Assembly (NCBI GenBank): GCA_021513695.1
Contig: CP084166.1
Coordinates: 1,120,001 to 1,184,000, forward strand
DNA length: 64,000 nt
Direction of reading: 5' to 3'
DNA from: Candidatus Heimdallarchaeum aukensis
Lineage (GTDB): Archaea; Asgardarchaeota; Heimdallarchaeia; Heimdallarchaeales; Heimdallarchaeaceae
Shown: positions 9,350 to 17,418 of the stretch, piece by piece
How positions within the stretch are numbered: the stretch's first letter is position 1
Layout of the letters: each line of letters begins with the position of its first letter
Notes under the pieces: generated by a model
Told to the model about the DNA's origin: nothing
The model's input: only the letters and a program-made list of their open reading frames with translations
The model's database searches: none
Translations under genes and position numbers: made by a program

Positions 9350-10845
9350 AATTATGAAGTTATAGAAAAAGTTGAAAAAAGAAGAAAGAAAGGGAGAGGA
9401 AAGAAAGCGGAGGAGAGAGGAAAGGAGGGAAAATGAGGAGTTTAAATAGTGAAAAAAAGTAAAAATGAATGAATGAGAAAATGAGGAAAAAGGTGTGGCG
9501 AACTGAGGAAATATGGGGGAAAGAATCGATCACTCTAAAGCAGTTGGCACACCAGGTAAAAAACTTGTATAATCAAGCAAATTACATTATTAAGTATCAG
9601 TTAAGAAAAAGTAAATATTTCACGAGAGAGTTCGAACTGATGAATATTTTAAGGTATCACCCGACCTACACAGCACTACCTGGTCATACGGCACAACAGA
9701 CGATAAAGTTTCTATGTTTAGCGTGGAAAGGGTATTTTAGGTCTTTAGAAGAATGCAAAAAAGAACCAGAAAAGTTTAATGGTAAACCCCGTCCTCCAAA
9801 ATAGAAGAAGAAAGATGGACTTGCTATAATCTATTTTACTAACTCTCAAGTGAAAATTAAAGAAGAAAAAGAGCAAGAAAAAGAAAAATTTTTTATCTCT
9901 TTCCCTAAACGTGTAGGACTAAAGATAGTTACAAGACTGTGTCCTTCAACGAAAGTGAAGTTTGCCCGTCTTATACCTATGGGAACGAAATTTAAATTAG
10001 AGATAGTTTACGAGAAAGAGATAGAAGAACGAAAAAAACGACATGCAGAAAGAGTTCTAGCTCTTGATCTGGGAGTGAATAACCTTGTAGGCGGGTTAAC
10101 CACTATTCCTGGTGAAAAAGGTTTTCTGATAAATGGTAGACCCATTAAAGCTGTTAATCAGTGGTTTAATAAACGTAGGGCAAAATTACAGTCAATCTAT
10201 GACAAGCAAGGATTAAACACCTGGGGAAGAAAAATGCTTACTCTCCAGTTAGAACGAATGTGTAAAATAGCTGACTATTTCCATAAAGCAAGTAGGAAGA
10301 TAATAGACTACTGTTTAGAAAAAAACATTGATACGATAGTTATAGGTTACAACCCCAGATGGAAACAGAAAGTGAATATGGGAAAGAAAAATAACCAAAC
10401 CTTTGTTTTTATCCCCTTTAAATCCCTCATTGATAAAATCACTTACAAAGCAGAAGAAAAAGGGATAAAAGTTATTCCTACCGAAGAGTCCTACACCTCT
10501 GTCTGCAGTTTCTTAGATAATGAAGAGATAGCTTTTCACCCCCATTATGCTGGCAAAAGAACTCACCGTGGACTGTTCATCAGTACCAGAGGATTAAAAA
10601 TTAATGCTGATATCAACTCTGCAGGTAATATCGGTCGCAAAGTATTCCCCACGTTATTCTCTGTTATGTTTAACTACGGGATAGTCTGGGCTGCAGTGGT
10701 TCACCCCGTCCGTTGGAAAATAAGTTAGCAAGTTAAGTTAGTCCAGCTCTTATGCTGTTCTTTCTCTTTCTTTTTTTCCACCGACTAAACTTCCTCCTCC
10801 TTCCGATTTTTAATCTAAATCGGAATTTAGGAAAAAGTAAACCAT
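9350..10845 (+). mobile_element. IS200/IS605-family (IS1341-like) element carrying only tnpB; copy 2 (complete)
   Basis: TnpB N- and C-terminal regions are present. GA-rich leader at 9380..9460. The 3' ~120 nt beyond the tnpB stop are conserved with copy 1, including a subterminal hairpin at 10803..10823. Homology ends at 10845. No tnpA. The left boundary is not determinable from one copy. Confidence 0.7.
9469..10728 (+). pseudogene. tnpB: tnpB interrupted by a single in-frame TAG (9802..9804); N-part 9469..9804 and RuvC part 9850..10728 are in the same frame
   Basis: Both ORFs are in frame 1 and separated only by a TAG. The N-part has the typical TnpB helical N-terminus ending GKPRPPK. The C-part has RuvC-I D (LALDLGVNN), RuvC-II E (TEESYTS) and RuvC-III D (ADINSAGNI). 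The zinc-finger cysteines are degenerate. Confidence 0.75.
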
Positions 10846-10860
10846 GATTTTTTTTAAGAA

Positions 10861-11172
10861 TCATTCTGTTATACATTCTGCTTCAGGAATAATTATCCAA
10901 GCAATAACATATGCTATAAATAATGATGTCCCACTAGCAAAAAAAAGCAATATTGCCAGCAATCTAACCAATGAAACATCCATATTAGAATAGATCGCAA
11001 GTCCAGAACACACTCCGCCTAGTACTTTATTGTTAGCACATCTAAATAATTTATTTGATTGAGGGTAATAAGTCGAAGATGGAACGGTTTGCTCTTCTTC
11101 AAATTGGCGCCCACATTTTTGACAAAACAATGACCCCGGGGGGTTATCTGTACCACATTGTTCACAAATCAC
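10861..11172 (-). CDS. zinc-ribbon / PspC-domain membrane protein
   Basis: N-terminal CxxC...CxxC (CEQCG...CQKCG), PspC-like motif LGGVCSGLAIY...VRL, then a TM helix. Confidence 0.6.
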   Translation of the reverse strand: MICEQCGTDNPPGSLFCQKCGRQFEEEQTVPSSTYYPQSNKLFRCANNKVLGGVCSGLAIYSNMDVSLVRLLAILLFFASGTSLFIAYVIAWIIIPEAECITE

Positions 11173-11377
11173 ACAATCACCACTATCTAATGAATTTCTA
11201 GAGATATAAATCTATTCAAATAAAACAGGATAAATTCTTTTCAAACTTAAAATTAAGCATTTTTTAGCTAGTATATGAAATTGAAATTAATTATTTTTGT
11301 AGCAAGTTTTTGCTTATTATTATAAGCCTCTAATTAACAAATAGTAAAATTTTAAATAAAAGTGATAATTCTGTCAT

Positions 11378-12394
11378 TTGATGTCTGATATTCCTTTTAT
11401 TATTATTAACCCCCAAGCTCGTTCTGGTAAAATAGGTAAAAAACTTGAAGAGATAAAGAAAAAGTTCAAACAATATCTTGGGGAATTTGAGTATGAGTTA
11501 ACACAAGGTCCTTTAGATGAAATAAGAATAGCAACAGAAGCTATAGAAAAAGGATTTAAGAAAATACTTGTTTGTGGCGGAGATGGTACAGCAACAAACA
11601 CTGGAGATGCAATCATAAATTCAGGAAATAAAGATGTGGTTCTAGGTTTAATAAGTGCAGGAAGCATGTGTGACTGGCATAAAACCCATTCAATTCCCTT
11701 TAATATGGATGAAAGTTTACAAATTATCGCAGAAGGACATTACGAATCTTTTCCTGCTATGAAATGCATAGGAGACAAAACTTACTACTCTTTTGACATG
11801 GCTGATGGTGGTTTCACTGGCGCAGCAGCTGCAGCAGCACATCATGAAGTGAAATGGATCAAGAATGGAGACATAAAATACTTATGGTTAGCTCTTAAAT
11901 ATGTTCTAGTATCAAAAAACACTAAAGCCAAAATTACTATTGACGACAGAGAACCAATAGAAATAAATGATTTCACAAATCTTATCGTTGCCTTTGGAGA
12001 TGAAATTGTAGGATTTAAAGTTCTTCCTGGAAATGACTATTTCTCAAGAGTTAACAAAGATTTAGGTGTTTTTGTTCTTCACAAACTCAAAGGGTTTAGA
12101 AGAATTATTATGCTAATTAGGGCATTAAGCGCAAAGCATGTAGGTAAAAAAGGTGTTTGGTTAACAAGAGGAAGAAAAGTAGTCATAGAAACCGAGAGAC
12201 CTATTCCCTGGGAAGCAGAAGGAGAGATATTTAACGAAAAATCTCACACAGTAACAATTGAATATGTAGAAGATGCTCTGAAACTATTCGTTCCAAAGAA
12301 CAGAACTTACAATGATAAAATAGACGAAAATATCTACAATGAGCCTTTTGAAAATTCATTCAAAAAAAGAAAAGTAGAAATTTATAAAAAATAA
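11378..12394 (+). CDS. diacylglycerol kinase catalytic-domain family lipid kinase (YegS/sphingosine-kinase-like)
   Basis: DAGK_cat motif ILVCGGDGT plus a conserved C-terminal beta-sandwich region. Confidence 0.65.
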   Translation: MMSDIPFIIINPQARSGKIGKKLEEIKKKFKQYLGEFEYELTQGPLDEIRIATEAIEKGFKKILVCGGDGTATNTGDAIINSGNKDVVLGLISAGSMCDWHKTHSIPFNMDESLQIIAEGHYESFPAMKCIGDKTYYSFDMADGGFTGAAAAAAHHEVKWIKNGDIKYLWLALKYVLVSKNTKAKITIDDREPIEINDFTNLIVAFGDEIVGFKVLPGNDYFSRVNKDLGVFVLHKLKGFRRIIMLIRALSAKHVGKKGVWLTRGRKVVIETERPIPWEAEGEIFNEKSHTVTIEYVEDALKLFVPKNRTYNDKIDENIYNEPFENSFKKRKVEIYKK

Positions 12395-12396
12395 TT

Positions 12397-14352
12397 CTAC
12401 TTTTTATTTTCTAACTTTTTTGACCAAGTATCTTTTAATGTAATTATTCTGTTGAAAACTAAATTGTCTTTTGTCGTATCATTATCAATAATGAAATAGC
12501 CCAGTCTTTCGAATTGATATCTTGACCCGATTTCTGCTTTTGCGAGGAATGATTCAACAAAACCCTTGACGATTCTTAATGAATCAGGGTTTATGTAATC
12601 AGTGAAATCTTTTCCTTCCTCTACATCTAAAGGATTTTCTTTCATGAATAATCTATCATATAACCTTATTTCAGCTGGAATAGCATTCTTCTCAGATATC
12701 CAATGGATACTTACTTTTACTTCTGGGTCGTCTTTAGTAGAATTTGATTTTGAATCTGGGTCATAAGAACAGTGTAACTCTTTGATTTTGCCTGTTTTTT
12801 CATCTTTTATTACTTTCTCACATTTTATTGTATAGCTGTATTTTAACTTAACTTTTCGTCCAGGTGCGAGTCTGTAGAAATCTTCAGGAGGTTCTTCTTC
12901 AAAGTCGCTATTATCGATATAGATTACTTTACTGAAAGTTATCGTTCTTTTACCCATTTCTTTGTTTCGAGTATGGTTATCAACTTCGATTTTTTCTTCT
13001 TTATCTTCTGGATAATTAGTTATTATAACTTTTAAGGGTTCAATTACACTCATAACTCTTGGACATCGTTCTTCTAGATCTTCTCTTATGTAATGTTCTA
13101 AAATTGATAAATCAACTATTCTTTCTCTTTTGGATACACCTATACCATCGGTGAACTTCTTTATTGCTTCAGGAGTAACTCCTCGTCTTCTGAAGGCAGC
13201 TATCGTAGGCATACGGGGGTCATCCCAACCATCAACATATCCTTCATTTACTAAGCGTAGCAATTTTCTTTTACTCATCACAGTATAAGAAAGATTTAAT
13301 CTGGCAAACTCTATTTGCTGTGGATGAAAGATTGGATTACCTTCTTCATCTTCTAATTGATCAAGAAACCAATCGTACAATTCTCTATGTACCTCAAATT
13401 CCAAGGTACAAATAGAATGAGTTATTCCTTCAATAGAGTCTTCTAAACCATGAGCCCAATCATATAATGGATATATACACCATTTATCCCCAGTGTTATG
13501 GTGAGTTTTATGTAATATTCTGTAAATTATAGGATCCCTCATTAAGAGGTTAGGGTGTGACATATCAATTTTAGCTCGTAAGACTTTTTCTCCATCAGCG
13601 AACTCTCCGTTCTTCATTCTTTCAAATAAATCGAGATTTTCTTCTATGCTTCTATTTCTATATGGGCTCTCTTTTCCTGGTTCTGTTACTGTCCCTCTTA
13701 ATTTCCTTATTTCCTCAACACTCAAATCGTCAACATACGCTTTCCCTTTTTTAATTAGTTGAACTGCATACCCATATAATTGGTCAAAATAATCAGAAGC
13801 AAAGAAGAGTCTATCTTCCCAATCAGCTCCTAGCCATTTAACATCCTCAATAATTGATTTCACGTATTCTTCCTCTTCAGTAATAGGATTAGTGTCATCA
13901 AACCTGAGGTTGAATTTACCATTATACTCTTTTGCTATCCCATAATTGAGGTTAACAGAAACAGCATGTCCAATATGTAGGTACCCATTTGGTTCTGGAG
14001 GAAAACGAGTATGAACTCTTCCATTATATTTACCCGTTTTCATATCTTCGTTTATTATTTTACGGATGAAATCAACTTCTTTTGTCTCTTTTACTTCTTC
14101 TTTTTCTTCCGAAAGTAGCTCAGGGTATTTGCGTTGAATAAGTTGCTTAGTTTCATCTAGAGGTTGTGCATTGAGTTTTTCTATCATTTTATGTGCAATT
14201 TCCTTCAATTCTTTTGCACGACCTCGAAACTCTGGATGGTTTGACATTAATTTACCCATCACAGCGCTAAGTTTCGCGTTGCCAAATTCTAGAATATTCT
14301 CTAGTACATATTTTTCAATGATGTCTTCTTCGGAATTCATTGTGACATACAT
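12397..14352 (-). CDS. glnS: glutaminyl-tRNA synthetase, bacterial/eukaryotic type, with N-terminal YqeY/GatB-like extension
   Basis: Collinear strong similarity to E. coli GlnRS: [17 protein letters not shown] (HIGH), [41 protein letters not shown] (KMSKS), [11 protein letters not shown]-terminal anticodon-binding beta-barrels ([17 protein letters not shown]). About 110 aa of N-terminal extension. Confidence 0.85.
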   Translation of the reverse strand: MYVTMNSEEDIIEKYVLENILEFGNAKLSAVMGKLMSNHPEFRGRAKELKEIAHKMIEKLNAQPLDETKQLIQRKYPELLSEEKEEVKETKEVDFIRKIINEDMKTGKYNGRVHTRFPPEPNGYLHIGHAVSVNLNYGIAKEYNGKFNLRFDDTNPITEEEEYVKSIIEDVKWLGADWEDRLFFASDYFDQLYGYAVQLIKKGKAYVDDLSVEEIRKLRGTVTEPGKESPYRNRSIEENLDLFERMKNGEFADGEKVLRAKIDMSHPNLLMRDPIIYRILHKTHHNTGDKWCIYPLYDWAHGLEDSIEGITHSICTLEFEVHRELYDWFLDQLEDEEGNPIFHPQQIEFARLNLSYTVMSKRKLLRLVNEGYVDGWDDPRMPTIAAFRRRGVTPEAIKKFTDGIGVSKRERIVDLSILEHYIREDLEERCPRVMSVIEPLKVIITNYPEDKEEKIEVDNHTRNKEMGKRTITFSKVIYIDNSDFEEEPPEDFYRLAPGRKVKLKYSYTIKCEKVIKDEKTGKIKELHCSYDPDSKSNSTKDDPEVKVSIHWISEKNAIPAEIRLYDRLFMKENPLDVEEGKDFTDYINPDSLRIVKGFVESFLAKAEIGSRYQFERLGYFIIDNDTTKDNLVFNRIITLKDTWSKKLENKK

Positions 14353-14513
14353 TAAATTTTCATCAAATTAAAATCTTTAGTCTTTAGTTAAAAGAGAGTT
14401 AAACATAAAGGTGTTTAAATTACTTTTTCCTCCTTAGGAAGTTTTGACTTAGATATCACTATTTTGCAAAAAAAAGAATGAATTATTACAAGTTAAACAA
14501 GAAACACTTCGTA

Positions 14514-15713
14514 CTACCCTATTAGTGGTTGAGGAGCATGAGTTAATTGTTTTACTTTTGATTGTTCAATCGCATAAGTATTTTCTGAACCCAAAGTCAT
14601 CCTATTTGGAAAGATCAATTTGGGTTCAACTGCGAGAACATTTCCTTCTTGAATCACATAGTCAGACCTTTTAATTATAACTGGCAAATCATTTAACTCT
14701 AAACCAACTCCATGAGCAAGAAAGGGTATTTGTCCTCCTAACATCATTGTTTTATCTAATCCTAGTTCTTTAGCGAATTCATAGGACGCCATATAAATTT
14801 CAGAAACTTTCTTTCCTACTTTTAATAACTCTGCTACCTTTTTCTCACACAGCCAAGACTGATAGTATAATTCTTTGATAGAATCAGATGGATTACCAAA
14901 AACATAGCATCTTGTTTCATCAGCAATGTAGCCTTTATAGGTTGCAGAAATGTCAACGAGCACTATTTCATCTTGTTTTATCTTTTTCTTACTAGGTCCC
15001 CAAGGATTTGATTGATGTAGCCCTGGGCCAGCAGTTGCAGTTAATGTATAGCTAGAAATACCTGTGTTAATTCCTGATAGAACAATTCCATTTCCACCTG
15101 CTTCTGTATAAAAATCTCTGCTTCGTACTGAAGCTTGAGCTCCATTTTTCCTCATTTCGGCATATAATAATCCACTTGCTTCTATCTCTGTCATCCCAGG
15201 TTTTATTATTTCTAGGACTTTTGAATGAACTTCATCTAAAATTTTAGCAGCTTTAGCAATCTGATTGATTTCATTTTTAGACTTTGATGCACGTAATTCT
15301 CGTAATACTCTACCAATAGATGTAGTCTTTTTCTCAGGAAATAGTTTTGCTAATTTTTGAAATAGATCATAGGGTAAAACATCTCCTTCCAGACCGATTA
15401 ATCCTTCTTTTCCAAGCTCAAACTCTTTTTTTTCTAAATGGTTAATTATCTCATTTGTTCTTCGAATTGGGACAATATTCTCGATAATTGTTTCTTCTTT
15501 TATTCTATCTAGCACCCTTCTAGCAAAAAGTATACTCTCTCCTTCTTGGGGAATGAATAACAGACAGGATTGTCCTGTTCCTGAATAATAATAGAGATCT
15601 GACTTATATTGAATGATAGAAAAGTCAATATCTAGTTCAGCCAATTTTTTTTGCAAACGTTGAATCCTTTCTTCAAACTCTTCTTTTGGAATATCATCTT
15701 TTTCTAAAATCAT
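14514..15713 (-). CDS. M24-family Xaa-Pro aminopeptidase/prolidase (creatinase-N + M24 domains)
   Basis: M24 metal-ligand motifs (DISATYKGYIADETR, FLAHGVGLELND, AVEP). Confidence 0.7.
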   Translation of the reverse strand: MILEKDDIPKEEFEERIQRLQKKLAELDIDFSIIQYKSDLYYYSGTGQSCLLFIPQEGESILFARRVLDRIKEETIIENIVPIRRTNEIINHLEKKEFELGKEGLIGLEGDVLPYDLFQKLAKLFPEKKTTSIGRVLRELRASKSKNEINQIAKAAKILDEVHSKVLEIIKPGMTEIEASGLLYAEMRKNGAQASVRSRDFYTEAGGNGIVLSGINTGISSYTLTATAGPGLHQSNPWGPSKKKIKQDEIVLVDISATYKGYIADETRCYVFGNPSDSIKELYYQSWLCEKKVAELLKVGKKVSEIYMASYEFAKELGLDKTMMLGGQIPFLAHGVGLELNDLPVIIKRSDYVIQEGNVLAVEPKLIFPNRMTLGSENTYAIEQSKVKQLTHAPQPLIG

Positions 15714-15765
15714 TAAGTTTCAAAAAAAAATGTATGTTAAAATACTTTCGAAAGGTATTTTGTTC

Positions 15766-16425
15766 TTAAACTATCTTTACCCATCTGGGTTCATACTCAT
15801 ATTTTGCAAATTTCACTCTTATTAGCTGAGTTGGACCTTTTTCTAGGTCATCTTCTCTTCTTGTTTCAACCATCATATCGGCAATACTATGAAGAGAACG
15901 CTCTATTTGCTCATCCATTACGCCTTTGTCCAATACTAGTAAAGCACATTGGTTTCTAAGTCTAATTCTAGCTGCAACAGTTTGGATAAAATTAATCACT
16001 TGCATGGGATCATTATAGAGCATTAATAGAGAAAATTGATCAAAAACTATTCTTAACTTATCACTCTGTTGAGAACGCTCGTTAATACTTACAGAAATTG
16101 ACAACAGATCATTTGCTTTCTCAACAATTATGGTATTAGGCGTTTTCTCTTTGGGTAGGGCCCTAAATGAAAAAACATCAATAAAATTTAATCTTCCTTT
16201 CTCTATATGTTCGTCTATGTTATCTATACGCTTTTTTAGAATATTGAGTGTATCAAGAGCAGAGTTAGCATATAATACTAAAAGAACAGAATCACCATTA
16301 TTCAATCCATCTTCTATGAATCTGTACATCATTTCTCTTTTAGACGTACCAGATTCTCCTGTCATTAAAATGAGTGAGGAATCTATGGATCGTGTTAAGA
16401 TATCTATTCTTGTTTTAACTGACAT
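15766..16425 (-). CDS. KaiC-like RecA-superfamily ATPase, single domain
   Basis: P-loop-like MTGESGTSKREM and KaiC/RadA-like fold length (~220 aa). Confidence 0.55.
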   Translation of the reverse strand: MSVKTRIDILTRSIDSSLILMTGESGTSKREMMYRFIEDGLNNGDSVLLVLYANSALDTLNILKKRIDNIDEHIEKGRLNFIDVFSFRALPKEKTPNTIIVEKANDLLSISVSINERSQQSDKLRIVFDQFSLLMLYNDPMQVINFIQTVAARIRLRNQCALLVLDKGVMDEQIERSLHSIADMMVETRREDDLEKGPTQLIRVKFAKYEYEPRWVKIV

Positions 16426-16442
16426 ACATACTAACCCTCTAT

Positions 16443-17177
16443 TTATTTGCTCATAGCTTTATAAGCTTCTTGACAGAATGTTAATGCTTCTGAAATGAGA
16501 TTACTTTTATCTACGTTTTGAGAACCTAAACGTAGTTTGAAACAAGTATGTACTACTTCAGAAGGTAAGTTATCAGCATACTTTTCTTTGATAAGGTCTT
16601 GAACATTGCTTCTATAGAATTCTGTTTCACCATTATAATACATAAAAGCACAAGCGCAGCCTAAAACAGCATCTACAGTCATATAAATTGCTTGATATTC
16701 ATCTTCTGGAGGATATAACACTAGATCTTTCATTTGGTTATAAAATTCTGTTCCCATTGCTCTTGCTGATTCTTTTATTGCATCTTCAGTAACCTTTAAA
16801 GCTGAAAATGGGTTTTTTCCAATCAGTTCTCTTCCTTTTTGGGCTAAAAGGATTTGAGTAGCAGGTAACGATGAAATTGAAGAAGCTTCTAAAACTTTAA
16901 CATCAATTAATGAAGCAAATAATGGGTCTTCCAAATATTTAGTAATTATTTTACCCAATTTACTAATTGTTTTTTCCCACTTATTTTTTGTTGCAAATTT
17001 TTCATCAATTATTACTAAAAAGTCACAGTCGGATTCTCCTGCGATGTGTACGTTGTCAACTACACTTCCAACTAGAAGAAGACTTTTTACTTCTTTCTCA
17101 AGTTGCTCTTTTATATCCTTAGAAAACTCATCGATCAAACTTTGATATTCATCTCTTGTAAAGCCCATTTCTTTCAC
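16443..17177 (-). CDS. nucleotidyltransferase (Pol-beta superfamily minimal NTase) with helical C-terminal domain
   Basis: GS...DhD motif: LVGSVVDNVHIAGESDCDFLVIID. Confidence 0.6.
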   Translation of the reverse strand: MKEMGFTRDEYQSLIDEFSKDIKEQLEKEVKSLLLVGSVVDNVHIAGESDCDFLVIIDEKFATKNKWEKTISKLGKIITKYLEDPLFASLIDVKVLEASSISSLPATQILLAQKGRELIGKNPFSALKVTEDAIKESARAMGTEFYNQMKDLVLYPPEDEYQAIYMTVDAVLGCACAFMYYNGETEFYRSNVQDLIKEKYADNLPSEVVHTCFKLRLGSQNVDKSNLISEALTFCQEAYKAMSK

Positions 17178-17418
17178 CTTTTTATTTATGCGAACATGTT
17201 TTTATATACTATAAATAATTTACTGATTATAATAATTTTTTCTGTTTTACCGTAAAAATAGAGAAAAAAAGTATAATGACGAAGGAATAATAGGCAAAAA
17301 CAGTTTTTTCTCAATACTGGAAGCAAAAAACAAATAACCCCCACAATTTAGCATATCATATTAGGGAAAACGCTTAATTATATTATGATAAAATTAATTA
17401 ATATACAGCTTTTTCTAT

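Noticed and set aside
9802-9804. Interpreting the in-frame TAG in tnpB as a pyrrolysine codon
   Set aside because: There is no pyl gene or PYLIS-like evidence in this window. A degenerating IS copy is the simpler explanation. It is kept only as something to check.
14400-14440. TTTAAAT TATA-like box upstream of glnS (minus strand), and a TTTATATAT box near 48962 upstream of grpE
   Set aside because: A/T-rich hexamers are too frequent in this genome to call promoters without transcript-start data.
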